DNA of 64,000 nucleotides, taken from NCBI GenBank assembly GCA_038087875.1, contig CM075995.1, forward strand, positions 7,504,001 to 7,568,000, in the 5' to 3' direction. Origin of the DNA: Malacoraja senta (Eukaryota). Positions within the stretch are counted from its first letter, which is position 1, and each line of letters begins with the position of its first letter. The position numbers were made by a program, and so were the translations under genes. The notes beneath the pieces were generated by a model. It was not told the origin of the DNA, did no database searches, and saw only the letters and a program-made list of their open reading frames with translations. This document shows positions 11,461 through 25,554 of the stretch, piece by piece.

Positions 11461-13859
11461 ACATATAGAGAAAAAAAAATTGCTTCTATTTTATTTCAGG
11501 AACCAAATCTCATTGGATTTAAAGGACTAATATCTAAAAGCCTCTTAAACACCACTATTGTGTTTTCACAAGTTAACGTTATTGGAATAGAATTAGGCCA
11601 TTCGGCCCATCAAGTCTACTCTGCCATTCAATCATGGCTGCCTCCTAATCCCATTTTCCTGCCTTCTCCCCATAACCCTTGACACCCGTTCTAATCAAGA
11701 ATTTGTCTATCTCGGCCATAAAAAAAACCACTGACTTGGCCTCCACAGCCCTCTGTGGCAACGAGTTCAACAGATTAACAGCCCTCTGACTAAAGAAGTT
11801 CCTCCTCACCTCCTTTCTAAAAGAGCGGCCTTTAATTCTAAGGCTGTGACCTCTGGTCCTAGACTCTCCACCAGTGGAAACATCCTCTCCACATCCACTC
11901 TATCCAGGCCTTTCATTATTCTGTACGTTTCAATGAGGTCCCCCCTCAACCTTCTAAACTCCAGCGAGTACAGGCCCAGTGCTGTCAAACGCTCATCGTA
12001 TGTTAACCCACTCATTCCTGGAATCATTCATGTAAACCTCCTCTGGACCCTCTCCAGAGCCAGCACATCCTTCCTCAGATATGGGGCCCAAAACTGCTTG
12101 CAGTACACCAAACGCAGCCTGACCAGCGCCTTATAGAGCCTCACCAGGCCATATAGAACCTCAGTGTCTGTCTCCGCCACCACCCCTGGCAATTAGAAGG
12201 ATGAGGGGTTATCTTATAGAAACATATAAAATTATAAAAGGACTGGACAAGCTAGATGCAGGAAAAATGTTCCCAATGTTGGGCGAGTCCAGAACCAGGG
12301 GCCACAGTCTTAGAATAAAGGGGAGGTCATTTAAGACTGAGGTGAGAAAAAACATTTTCACCCAGAGAGTTGTGAATTTGTGGAATTCCCTGCCACAGAG
12401 GGCAGTGGAGGCCAAGTCACTGGATGGATTTAAGAGAGAGTTAGATAGAGCTCTAGGGGCTAGTGGAGTCAAGGGATATGGGGAGAAGGCAGGCACGGGT
12501 TATTGATAGGGGACGATCAGCCATGATCACAATGAATGGCGGTGCTGGCTCGAAGGGCCGAATGGCCTCCTCCTGCACCTATTTTCTATGTTTCTATGTT
12601 TCTAATGTATTCCAGGGCCCCCACCACTCTCCGTGTTAAAACTAAACTGATGAATTGTGAATTATGGGCGGCACGTTGGCGCAGCGGTAGAGTTACTGCC
12701 TTACAGCGAATGCAGCGCCAGGAGGCCCGGGTTCTGTCCCGACTACGGGTGCTGTCTGTGCGGAGTTTGCACGTTCTCCCCGTGACGTGCGTGGGTTTTC
12801 TCCGAGATTCTCGGTTTCCTCCCACACTCCATGTGACAAGAAAGTGTTCAATTCAATTCAATTCAATATGTTTTCTGCATCTGGATCTGGATCTGGATGT
12901 AGTACGCTGAGAACTCTAGCTGGAGCATCACTCAACACTTTTTTTTTTAACGCTGTTATCCCACACCCACTAGGGACAATTTACATTTATACCTAGACAA
13001 TTAACCTACAAACCTGCACGTCTTTGGAGTGTGACAAGTGACAGTGAAGCTCTTTGCTTGCGTACCTTGTCAAGGTATGCAAATAGGCGCCACCTAAAGG
13101 GCCCTGACAAACATACAATGTATCCCGCGCTCGGTCCATCCTTGTTCTCCCCCCCCCCCCCCTCCCAAACCACCACCCCTTCACGGCGGCCCCCCCACTC
13201 TGGGTCCCCCTTGTCTATGACTCAATGGCACCAAATCTTCTCTGCACTCTTTCAAGCTGAACGACATCTGTCTTGTAGCCAAAACGGAACACAACACTTC
13301 AATAATAAATGTGCCACGGTGGCGCAGCGGTAGAGCTGCTGCCTCACAGCGCCAGAGACCCGGGTTCGATCCTGACTACGGGTGCTTGTCTGTACGTTCT
13401 CCCCGTGGCCCGCGTGGGTTGTTCTCCGAGATCTTCGGTTTCCTCCACACTCCAAAGAGGTACGGGTTTGTAGGTTAATTGGCTTGGTGTAAATGTTAAA
13501 TTGTCCCGAGTGTGTGTCAATAGACAATAGGTGCAGGAGTAGGCCATTCGGCCCTTCGAGCCAGCACCGCCATCCAATGTGATCATGGCTGATCATCCAC
13601 AATCAGTACCCCGTTCCTGCCTTCTCCCCATATCCCCTGACTCCGCTATCTTTAAGAGCCCTATCTAGCTCTCTCTTGAAAGTATCCAGAGAACCTGCCT
13701 CCACCGCCCTCTGAGGCAGAGAATTCCACAGACTCACTGTTGGGTGGTGTTGGTGTGCGGGGATCGCTGGTCGGTGCGGACTCGGTTGGTCGAAGGGACT
13801 GTTTCCGCGCGGTATCACTAAACTAAATAAGATCAGTAACTTAGAACCTAAAAACATAT

Positions 13860-14093
13860 GTGTTTAAGAAGGAACTGCAGATGCTGGAAAATCGAAGGTA
13901 CACAAAAATGCTGGAGATACTCAACGGGTGCAGCAGCATCTATGGAGCGAAGGAAACAGGCAACGTTTCGGGCCGAAACCCTTCTTCAGACTGATCAGTC
14001 TGAAGAAGGGTTTCGGCCCGAAACGTTGCCTGTTTCCTTCGCTCCATAGATGCTGCTGCACCCGCTGAGTTTCTCCAGCATTTTTGTGTACCT
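13860..14093. mobile_element. Penelope pLTR-derived foldback element with two inverted hammerhead-like cores
   Basis: Near-perfect 198-bp palindrome at 13896-14093 centred on CTGATCAG. TSD AAAACATAT at 13851-13859 and 14094-14102. Confidence 0.8.
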
Positions 14094-14695
14094 AAAACAT
14101 ATATTCTTCGCAATGCACAGGATTTTTGGTGTAACTTCAATGAGTTCAGGTACTTATCAATATGAAGATTTAGAAGATTGAGGGGGGATCTTATAGAAAC
14201 GTACACAATTCTTAAGGGGTTGGACAGGCTAGATGCAGGAAGATTGTTCCCGATGTTGGGGAAGTCCAGAACAAGGGGTCACAGTTTGAGGATAAGGGGA
14301 AGGAAGTCTTATAGGACCGAGATGAGAAAAAAAAAATTCACACAGAGAGGGGTGAATCTGTGGAATTCTCTGCCACAGAGGGTGGTTGAGGCCAGTTCAT
14401 TGGCTATATTTAAGAGGGAGTTAGATGTGGCCCTTGTGGCTAAAGGGATCAGGGGGTATGGAGAGAAGGCAGGTACAGGATACTGAGTTGGATGATCAGC
14501 CATGATCATATTGAATCGAAGGGCCGAATGGCCTACTCCTGCACCTATTTTCTATGTTTCTATGCTTCTATGAAGTGTCACAATGTGACCTTTCTGTCAC
14601 AGCCAACTTAAAAGTGCTGAAGTGCAAATGCACTGTTTGATATGATCACTGTGGGATACTCCAGTAACGATGGCAGTAAAACTGTCTTCATTTAC

Positions 14696-14805
14696 CTTGA
14701 TCTCTGCATGCTTCAAAGTAAAACTAATCTCTTCCCAGCCCGGGTATTCTTTGACACTGGGCGTCAGCTTCTCCCAGGATGAGAGTAACACATGCAAGCT
14801 GTCAA
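14696..14805 (-). CDS. Candidate internal coding exon (110 nt) of an unidentified gene: xDSLHVLLSSWEKLTPSVKEYPGWEEISFTLKHAEIK
   Basis: Non-repetitive island between CR1 copies. Acceptor CTAG| is weakly pyrimidine-rich; donor is AAG|GTAAAT. Frame is open, phase 1 to 0. Confidence 0.5.
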
Positions 14806-16029
14806 CTAGATTTAGGTTTACGTAGAAACACCGAAACATTGAAATATAGAAAATAGGTGCAGGAGTAGGCCATTCGGCCCTTCAAGCCAGCACCGCCATT
14901 CAATGTGATCATGGCTGATCATCCAAAATCAGTACCCCGTTCCTGCTTTCTCCCCATATCCCTTGATTCCGTTAGCCCGAAGAGCTAAATCTAACTCTCT
15001 CTTGAAAACATCCAGTGAATTGGCCTCCACTGCCTTCTGTGGCAGAGAATTCCACAGATTCACCACTCTCTGGCTGAAAAAGTTTTTCCTCATCTCAGTC
15101 CTAAATGGCCTTCCCCTTATTCTTAAACTGTGACCCCTGGTTCTGGACTCCCCCAACATCGAACATTTTTCCTGCATCTAGCCTGTCCAATCCCTTAAGA
15201 ATTTTATACATTTCTATAAGATCCCCTCTCTTCCTTCTAAATTCCAGTGAATACAAGTCCAGTGAGGTTTATTATTGAAAAACGTTTTCACACAGAGAGT
15301 TGTGAGTCTGTGGAATTCTCTGTCTCAGAAGGCGATGGAGTCCGGTTCTCTGGATACTTTCAAGAGGGAGCTAGACACTCTTAAAGATAGCGGAGTCAGG
15401 GGATATGGGGAGAAGGCAGGAACGGGGTACTGATTGGGGATGATCAGCCATGATCACATTGAATGGCAGTGCTGGCTCGAAGGGCCAAATGGCCTACTCC
15501 TGCACCTATTGTCTATTGTCTATTATTTTCACGTGTACCTAGATACAGTAGAAAGACCTCATTGAAACTTACTGAATAGTGAAAGGCTAGGATCTAGGAT
15601 GGAGTGGATGTGGAGAGGATCAGAGGTCATAGCCTCAGAATTAAAGGATGTTCCTTTAGGAAGGAGATGAGGAGGAATTTCTGGAATGTGGAGGCCAAGT
15701 CAATGGATATTTTTAAGGCAGAGATAGATAGATTCTTGATTAGTACGGGTGTCAGGAGAATAGTGTTAGGAGGGAGAGATACGTCAGCCATGTTTGAATG
15801 GCGGAGTAGACTTGATGGGCCGAATGGCCTAATTCTGCTGCTATCACTTATGACCTTAGATAAGCATCTCAGATACGGTACAAGTGTATAGCAGCAGTAC
15901 ACACTTCTGACCTTCCGACCTCATCCTTGTAAACTCCAGCGAGTACAGGCCCAGTGCCGTCAAATGCTCATCGTATGTTAACCCAATATGGTGTTTGGAC
16001 TGGTGTTTTGTCTTGTGAGTTTTCATTCC

Positions 16030-16880
16030 AAAGTGTTTTTTTTAAAATTTAAAACAAAATATTGTTTATTTTATTAGAAGTATTGTACATTCTATTGTTC
16101 CAAAAGTAATCATTTCTGCATTCGGTTTCAGTTTTATTTTAAATAATTTAGTGAAAATTTCAAAAATGTCATTCCAAAATTTTTGGATTTTTATACAAAA
16201 AACAAAAGAATGTTTTTCTTGGGTTAGGCATTTATCACAGATAGAAAAGGTATTTGGGTAACATTTACTTCATTTAACTTTCGAATAGTATAATCTATGT
16301 AAAATCTTTAATTGAATTAGAGTATGTCTTACGTTAATCGAGCATTTATGCACATATAACAGGTGTTTATCTCAACTCTCTTTTGAGATTTTTATAGCTA
16401 GTTCCTGTTCCCATTCTCTTCTAATCCCATCAGATGATGGAATTTCTATGTTTAAAATGGAATTATACAGGTATGATATTAAATTAGCTGATTCCGCTTT
16501 TATATTCATTATCTCATCTAATAGGCCAGGAGACATATTTTGATATTCTCGTGTATATTTTTTCAAATAGTCACGTATTTGAAAGTATTTAAAATATTGA
16601 TTACTACTCAAGTTGTATTTAAGTTGTAGTTGGTGAAATGTTAAAAAAACGTCCATTATCATTCATATCTCCAAACGTTTTAATTCCTACTCTATCCCAA
16701 TTTGTAAAAGATTTATCTATCATAGAAGGTTTAAACGAAGGGTTATTCATTATAGGTGAGAAAAGTGATAGATTTCTTAATTTTAAAGTTAATTTTATTT
16801 GTTTCCAAATTCTAATTGTACTATGAATAATTGGATTTTTACTGTATATTGTATTCTTCATTTTTGTTGGTGAGAGAAGG
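16030..16880 (-). mobile_element. Decayed L1 ORF2 C-terminal fragment related to the full-length L1
   Basis: KNPIIHSTIRIWKQIK, QYFKYFQIRDYLKKY and KAESANLISYLYN closely match ORF2 of the 889-7231 element but are frameshifted. Confidence 0.85.
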
Positions 16881-17192
16881 TTGCTGAATATCCCACGGTC
16901 TAGGCATAAGTTCAGGGGCGACCGCGCCTTTGCGGTTGCAGCTCCTAGACTGTGGAACAGCATCCCCTTTCCCATCAGAACTGCCCCCTCCATCGACTCC
17001 TTTAAGTCAAGACTAAAGACTTATCTATACTCTCAAGCCTTTCCTGACGTCCTCTGAGTGAGGGCTACATGTATATATGTATGTAGTTTGTTTTGTTGTG
17101 CTATTCTTATAACAAATGTAAAGCACTTTGGCCAACGAGAGTTGTTTTTTAAATGTGCTATATAAATAAATGTGACTTGACTTGACTTGACT
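16880..17192 (+). mobile_element. L2-clade LINE 3' end; second copy at about 38890-39760 interrupted by a CR1
   Basis: RGDRAFAVAAPRLWNS...SFKSRLKTYL, then a TGTAAAGCACTTTGG...GTGCTATATAAATAAA tail with (GACTT)n. Confidence 0.8.
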
Positions 17193-20126
17193 TATCAATA
17201 TGAAGATATAGAAGATTGAGGGGGGATCTTATAGAAACTTACAAGATTCTTAAGGGGTTGGACAGGCTAGATGCAGGAAGATTGTTCCCGATGTTGGGGA
17301 AGTCCAGAACAAGGGGTCACAGTTTGAGGATAATGGGCTTGTGCACTCTGGAGTTTAGAAGGATGAGAGGGAATCTCATTGAGACATATAAGATTATTAA
17401 GGGTTTGGACACGCTAGAGGCAGGAAACATGTTCCCGATGTTGGGGGAGTCCAGAACCAGGGGCCACAGTTTAAAAATAATGAGTAAGCCATTTAGAACG
17501 GAGACGAGGAAACACTTTTTCTCACAGAGAGTGGTGAGTCTGTGGAATTCTCTGCCTCAGAGGGCGGTGGAGGCCGGTTCTCCGGATACTTTCAAGAGAG
17601 AGCTAGATAGGGCTCTTAAAAATAGCGGAGTCAGGGGATATGGGGAGAAGGCAGGAACGGGGTACTGATTGGGGATGGTCAGCCATGATCACATTGAATG
17701 GCGGTGCTGGCTCGAAGGGCCAAATGGCCTACTCCTGCACCTATTGTCTATTGTCTATTGACTATTGATCTTTATCTTTCCGATCAGTAACTCAAATGGA
17801 ATTCAATGAAAGGGATAATTAAAAAATGGGTGATCCCATGAATCTAATGGTTGCCTGGTAACAGGGTCTCGACACGATTCCTTGTTCTAAGAAGCCAAGT
17901 ACATTGTCTATTTAGCTGCAAAAAAAACAAAAGAAACGCTGGAGGAAGACAAGGGTTCAGGCGGCATCCGTAGAGGCCAACATTTCAGGTCAAGACGCTG
18001 CCTCAGGGCCCAATAGTCAGTGTTTCAGTTTAGTGCACAGCGCGGAAACAGGCCCTTTAACCAACCAAGTCCGCGCCGACCAGCAATCCCCGTACACTAG
18101 CACTATCATATACACTAGGGACAATTTATCATTTTAATTAACCTACAAACCTGTACGTCTTTGTAGTGTGGGAGGAAACCGGAGCACCCGGAGAAAACCC
18201 ACGCAGGTCACGGGGAGAAGGTACAAACTCCGTACGGACAGCACCCGTAGTCAGGATCGAACCCGGGTCTCTGGCGCCGTGAGGCAGCGACTCTACCGCT
18301 GCGTGTGTTTTCTTTTTTTTATAACAATTTTTTTATAAGAAGCAAGTACATAATAAAAACATTTCATATATATCAACCATACATTGCAAATATTATCAAT
18401 TATTTATTAACTCTGCTACTATTATTATTATTTGTTATATAGTTGGAAAATAATAAAGAGAAAGAAAAAAAAAAGCATGGTTAAAAAAAGGAATGGAATC
18501 ATTGACTAATACTACAACATTGGAGATAGGTTTGAAGATCATTAAAACCTTTTTTCTCCGGGTGCTCCGGTTTCCTCCCACACTCCAAAGACGTACAGAT
18601 TTGTAGGTTAATTTTGCTTCGGTAAAATTGTAAATTGTCCCTGGTGTGTGTGTGTGTGGGATAGTTATAGTGCGTAGGAATCGCTGGTCGGCAAGGACTC
18701 GGTGGGCCGAAGGGCCTGTTTCCACGCTGTATCGCTGAACTAAAGCAGAGGGATCTTGGAGTGCAGGTGCATGGTTCCTTGCAAGTGGCATCAACAAGTA
18801 GATAGGGTGGTCAATAAGCCTTTTGGCACATTGGCCTTCATCAGTCAGGGCACTGAGTATAGAAGTTGGGAGGTGGTTACAATTGTACAAGACATTGGTG
18901 AAGCCACATTTAGAGTACTGTGTTCAGGTTAGGTCACTCAGTTATAGAAAATATGTTGTCAAGCTGGGGAGGGTTCGGAGAAGATTTACAAGGATGTTGC
19001 CAAGATCATCTCTGACCCCGGTAGACAAAAGTGCTGGAGAAACTCAGCGGGTGCAGCAGCATCTATGGAGCGAAGGAAATAGGCAACGTTTCGGGGCAAA
19101 ACCCTTGGTTTCGGCAGTTCCTTCTTAAACACATCATCTCTGACCCCTCTCACCCTGGCCACAAACTCTTTGAATCACTTCCCTCTGGAAGGCGACTCCG
19201 GACTGTCAAAGCTGCCACAGCCGGACATAAAAACAGCATTTTATCCACGAGTAGTTGCTCTACTCAACAGCCAAAAATCTGTAGCCTCCCTTTGATCTGG
19301 TATTTTGTTGGTTCACATGCTTGATCGACGGTGTTTTATCATTAATGTTTTATTATTATTAATGTTTAGTGTTTTCTGAGTCATTCATAACTGTCACTAT
19401 GTCATGTTGTTACTTGTGGGCGGAGCACCAAGGCAAATTCCTTGTATGTGAATACTTGGCCAATAAACTTACTTACTTACTTACTTACTTACTTAGAGGG
19501 TGTGAGCTACAGGGAGAGGTTGAGCAGGCTGGGACTCTATTCCTTGGAGCGCAGGAGGATGAGGGGTGATCATATAGAGGTGTACAAAATCATGAGAGGA
19601 ATAGATCGGGTAGACGCACAGAGTCGCTTGCCCAGAGTAGGGGAATCGAGGACCAGAGGACATAGGTTTAAGGTGAGCGGGGAAAGATTTAATGGGAACT
19701 CCAGCCTTTTGTGTAAACCAGCATCTGCAGTTCCTTTCCAACACAATCCTGAACTACTATCTACCTCATTGGAGATCCTCAGACTATCTTTGATCGGACT
19801 TTACTGGCTTTACCTTGTACTAAACGTGATTCCCTTCATCATGTGTCGAAACACTGTAAATGGCTCGAGTGTAATCATGTGTTGTCTTTCCGCTGACTGG
19901 ATAGCACGCGACAAATGCTTTCCACTGTACCTCGGTACACGTGACAATAAACGAATGAACAAGTTTATTGGCCAAGTATTCACATACAAGGAATTTGCCT
20001 TGGAGCTCCGCCCACAAGTGACAACATGAAATACAGTGACAGTTAGGAATGACACATAAAACATTCAACATTATTAATAATGTTTATTATAATAATAATA
20101 ATATAATAATAATGAACTAAACTAAA

Positions 20127-20930
20127 TGGAATGGAATGCTATTTATTGTCATTCAAACCTAGGTTTGAACGAAATTTCATTTACTACAGTTTTTTACATT
20201 ACAAAAAAAAACCAAGACCCACACTTAACACAGCTTACATAAACATCCATCACAGTGAGTCCCCAACACCTCCTCACTGTGATGGAAGGCAAAGTCTTAT
20301 CTCTTCCCTTTGTTCTTCACCCGCGGTCCAGCAGTCCAACTGCAGCGTCGAGGCGAACTGGGGCTCACGATGTTAAAGCCCCCGGCGGACGATGGTAAGT
20401 CCCGTGGCCACTAATCCGCGCCGGGCGATGTAAGGCCCCGCTCCGAGTCCTTTAAACCCCGCGATTCCAACGGGAGAAGTTGCCGTTGCGGGAGCTCCGA
20501 AAAGCGGTCTCCCACCAGGGACCTGGAGCTCCCGATGTTCCCGTCCACCGGGCCTGCGGCCGGAGCCTCCGAAACTCCAAAGTCGGGTCGCAGCCGAGCT
20601 CCACCACAGCTCTCCCCGCTCCGAAGACGGCCAGCTCCGCGATGTCAGGTCCGCAGGCTCCGCGACTGGAGCCCTCAGGTTGGTCCCGGAGCCGCCGGCT
20701 CCACGATGTTAGCCCCAACGACACCGGAGACCCACAAGGGAAAAAGTCGGGCCCTTGTACAGGGAAGAGACTAACGGTTTCCCCCACACCCCCACCCCTC
20801 CACCCGCCACATATACACAGCTAAAAAATAATAAAAACTAAGCTCAAGACATACATTTAACAAGACAAAAATAAAAAAAAGACGGACGACTGTAGTCGAG
20901 CCGCTGCCATTATGCACCGCACCCACTAAT
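20127..20930 (-). mobile_element. GC-rich non-coding retroelement with Rex1-type 3' tail
   Basis: Same architecture as 22375-23229 in the opposite orientation. Tail CCTTCCATCACAG...AAATTTCGTT...TGACAATAAA with (ATTCC)n. Confidence 0.6.
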
Positions 20931-22374
20931 CTAAAACTAAAAGTAAGTTGTACGATTAGACAACTTCAGATTTAATCTGAAGATAGACACAAAAAGCTGG
21001 AGTAACTCAGCGGGACGGGCAGCATCTCTGGAGAGAAGCAATGGGTGACGTTTCGGGTCGAGACCCTTCTTCAGCCTCATTAGGGATAAAGGAAAGGACA
21101 GATATAGACGATGATGTAGAGAGATAAAGAACAATGAGTGAAAGATATGCAATAAAGTTCAAGTGTTCAAGATTCAAGAGAGTTTATTGTCATGTGTCCC
21201 AGATAGGACAAGGAAATTCTTGCTTTGCTTCAGCACAACAGAACATAGTAGGCATGAATACAGAACAGATCAGTGTGTCCATATACCATTGTATAAATAT
21301 ATACACACATGAATAAATAAACTGATAAAGTGCAAATAACAGATAATGGGCTATTAATGTTCAGAGTTTTGTCCGAGCCGAGTTTAATAGCCTGATGGCT
21401 GTGGGGAAGTAGCTATTCCTGAACCTGGTCGTTGCAGTCTTCAGGCTCCTGTACCTTCTACCTGAAGGTAGCGGGGAGATGAGTGTTACTTTAACAAGTA
21501 ACGTTGATAAAGGAAACAGCTCTTTGTTGGGTGAAATCAAGAGGCTGGTGCGATTTGGGTGGGGGGAGGGAAGGAGAGAGAGGGAATGCTGAAGTTAGAG
21601 AAATCAGTATTTATAGCACTGGGCTGTAAGCTGCCCAAGGATCAGCATTCTGGTTTGATCCGGCTCACTTATGGAAGCAACTACCACATCCCAGCGCAAG
21701 GCAGGTTGAAATGATCGGCCTGAGTGTGTGTCAGTTGTCACTTGGGCATCTACATGTGATAGGATTATACATGATTTAGGTCAGCCAGTTATTATGAAAA
21801 TCTTTGCTAGGCGTCTTAAGCCGTTGGTAATGTGGAGGACATTAGCTGAAGCCCATGCCCAATGCAGATCAGCTGTGATTATTCTAAATGGTATCTGACA
21901 TATTTAGGTGCGTAGAAAGCTTCATGGCGAGCTGTGGCTTTTAAGTACTCATATACTTACATAACACTAAAGACTGCACACATGTTATTAGTTTAGATTG
22001 GAGATACAGCGCCCATCGCCCCACCGGGTCCGCGCCGACCAGCGATCCCCGCACACCAACGCTATCCCACGCACACACACACCAGGGACAATTTACATTG
22101 ACACCAAGCCAAAAAACCTACAAACCTGTACGTCTTTGGAGGAAACCAGGGCATCCAGGGAAAACCCACGCAGGTCACGGGGAGAACGCTCACGGGAAGA
22201 ACTCCGTACAGACAGCACCCGTGACAGCAGTTGATCCAAAGTTGCGCGTCAAACATTAATTTACATAAATTTACTGTCACAACGTTTAAGAAACGTTTGG
22301 ACAGGAACGTGGATAGGGCAGGTTTAGAGGGATACGGGCCAAACGCAGGCAGGTGGGACTAGTGTAGATGGGAC

Positions 22375-23229
22375 GGTGGGCGGTGAGTTTGGTTGGCGGC
22401 GCGACGCACGTTGCAGCGGCCTCTGCAGTCCGTCTGTCTTTTTTTTGTTGTTGTTTCGTTTGAGTTTTGTATAGTGTTTTTTTTAAACTGGGTATGTGTG
22501 GGGGGGCGGGGGGTGGGTGGGGAAACTTTTAAAATCTCTTTCCCTGCACGGGAGAACCGACCTTTCTCTGTCGGGTCTCCGTTGTCGTTGGGGCCTAGCA
22601 CCGTGGAGAGGCCTCCAACCGGAACGACCTGGGGCTCCAGTCGCGGAGCCTGCAGACTACTCACCATCGCAGAGCTGGCCGAGTTCGGAGCGGGAGGAGC
22701 TGCGGTGGCGCGCGGCTGCGGCACGACCCCGGTGATTCGGAGGCTTCAGCCGCAGGTCTGGTGGACGGTGACATAGGGAGCTCGCGGGTGCATGGTGGGA
22801 GACCGCTTTTCGGGGCTCCCGCAACGGCAGCTACTCCCGCCCGAGTTGCGGGGTTGGGGATGACCTGGAGCGGGGTCTGGCATCGCCCGGCGCGGCATTG
22901 GTGGCCGTGGGACTTGCTGCCGCTATCGGGGCCTACAACATCAAGACCCGGAGCGTGGCCTTGCATCGCCCGGCGCGTCTTTAATGGCCGCGGGACATAT
23001 CTACAATCGCCCGCCGGGGGCTTTGACTTTGACATCGGGAGGAGAATGTGGAGTTCAGGGGAGAGATAAGACTTTGCCTTCCATCACAGCGAGGAGGAGA
23101 TTCGCTGTGATGGATGTTTGTGTCAATTGTGTTGTGTCTTGGTTCTTTTTACCTGTTTGTATGACTGCAGAAACAGAATTTCGTTTGAACTTAGGTTCAA
23201 ATGACAACAAATAAATATCTATATCTATC
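22375..23229 (+). mobile_element. GC-rich non-coding retroelement with Rex1-type 3' tail, inserted into a CR1 tail
   Basis: Interrupts a CR1 tail at GATGGGAC|ATGTTGG and ends with (TATCTA)n. CpG-rich body with no RT ORF. Confidence 0.65.
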
Positions 23230-25554
23230 ATGTTGGCCGGTGTGGGCAAGTTGGGCCGAAGGGCCTGTTTCCACATTGTTTGACTCTGTGACGTTAGTAT
23301 GATGAAGTTGCAATCTGTCTTTAGAGATACAGCGACGATCCTCCTCGCAGGCCAATCAGACCATTTCCAAAAGATTTGGTCTCCATTTATCGACTTATTA
23401 CAAGCATAAGGTGCAACATAACTTTGAAAATAAATGGTTTTCCGGACCTGGTGAGGGGTGTGTAAAGATACGAAGTAGGTACATCCCTTTTATCTTATTT
23501 TACTTTCTTATATCTTCTGTTCTCTATTTTTCTCTTTCTTTGGTTTTCTTTTTAACTCTTTCTCGTGTTTTACGTTTCTACGGGTTTCTCCTGATCACTC
23601 TTTCACGCACTTACTATCTTATCTAACTCTCTCTATTCTTCTTCTACTTTAAAGCTTAAAACAAGAAGTGGTACAGGAAATGCATTATGTTATTTTTGGC
23701 TTATATCACTGTAATGTATATTACTTCTAATAAATATATATATATTTTTTTAAAAAGAGAGATAACAGCGCCGAAAGTGGCCCATCGGCTCACCGAGTCT
23801 GCGTCGACCAGCGATCACCCTGAACACTAAGACTATCCTACACACTAGGGACAATTTACCATTTTACCAAAGCCAATTAACCTACAAACCTACCACCTCT
23901 TTGGAGGTCACGGGGTCTCCAGGTCATGTGGTCACGGGGAGAACGTACAAACACCGTACAGACAACACCCGTGGTCGGGATCGAACCCTGGACTCTGGTG
24001 CTGTGAGGCAGCAACTCTACCGCTGCGCCACCATGTAGCACACTGCTCTACAAAGTGGGGGGGGTTTTGGGAAGGGTAACAGGAGATATAAAGACAGATT
24101 TCTTTCCTTGTCCTGCATTCTGTTTCCATTATTGTACCTGGCACATATTCACCCCTTTCCTGTTCCAGATTTAATTAACTTTTCTCCCTGAGCTACTGGG
24201 AGCGGTTGAGCAGGCTAGGACTCTATTCCTCGGAGTGCAGGAGGATGAGGGGGTGATCTTATAGAGGTGTATAAAATCATGAGAGGAATAGATCGGGTGG
24301 ATGCACAGATTCTCTTGCACAGTGTAGGGGAATTGAGAACCAGAGGACATGGGTTTAAGGTGAAGGGGAAAAGATTTAATAGGAATCTGAAGGGTAACTT
24401 TTCCACACAAAGGGTGGTGGGTGTATGGAACGAGCTGCCGGAGGAGGCAGCTAAGGCAGGTACTAATGCAACATTTAAGAAACATTTGGACAGGTACATG
24501 GATAGAACGGGTTGAGACGAATATGGGCCAAACGCAGGCATGTGGGACTAGTATAGATGGTCGGTGAGGGCAAGTTGGGCCGAAGGCCCTGTTTTCACGC
24601 TGTATGACTCTATAACTCTTTACGTTATACCACATTCAGCTTCCCAGCTTTCATTTCAGGACAGCACGGAGCACTTTAGGGTGGCACGGTAGAGTTGCTG
24701 CCTTACAGCGCTTGCAGCGCCAGAGGCCCGGGTTCGATCCTGACGGAGTTTGAACGTTCTCCCCGTGACCTGCGTGGGTTTTCTCCCAGATCTTCGGTTT
24801 CCTCCCACACTCCGAAGACGTACAGATTTGTAGGTTAATTGGCTTGGTGTAAATATAAATTGTCCCTAGTGTGTGTAGGATGGTGTTAATGTGCGGGGAT
24901 CGCTGGTCAGCATGGACCCGGCGGGCCGAAGGGCCTGCTTCCGCGCTGTATCTCTAAACTAAACTAAGTTACGACATAAATAGGAAGGCATTGACATTGA
25001 ATTATTAAGTGATTCGTGTCTAAATCAAAGGGAATTCTCTGCAAATAGACGCAAAAAGCTGGAGTAACTCAGCGGGACAGGCAGCATCTCTGGAGAGAAG
25101 GAATGGGTGACGTTTCCGGGCTCGACCCTACTTCAGTCTGAAGAAGGCTCCAGACCCGAAACGTCACCCATTCCCTTTCTCCAGAGATGCCTCCTGTCCC
25201 GCTGAGTTACTCCAGCATTTTGCGTCTATCTTCGGTGTAAACCAGCATCTGCAGTTCCTTCCTACAGAATTATTCTGTGTGAGCTCTGCATTGAATGAAT
25301 GAATGATATTTTATTATCATATGTGACATGTCACAATGACATTTTTGGTTTTGGATAGATAGATAGATTCTTGATTAGTGCGGGTGTCAGGGGTTATGGG
25401 GAGAAGGCAGGAGAATGGGGTTGGGAGGGAAAGATAGATCAGCCATGATTGAATGTTGGAGTAGACTTGATGGGACGAATGGTCTGATTCTGCTCCTATT
25501 CGTTATGACCTTATGATACCACACACAAAGTACGCAAAGAATCGCCAGGTATTA

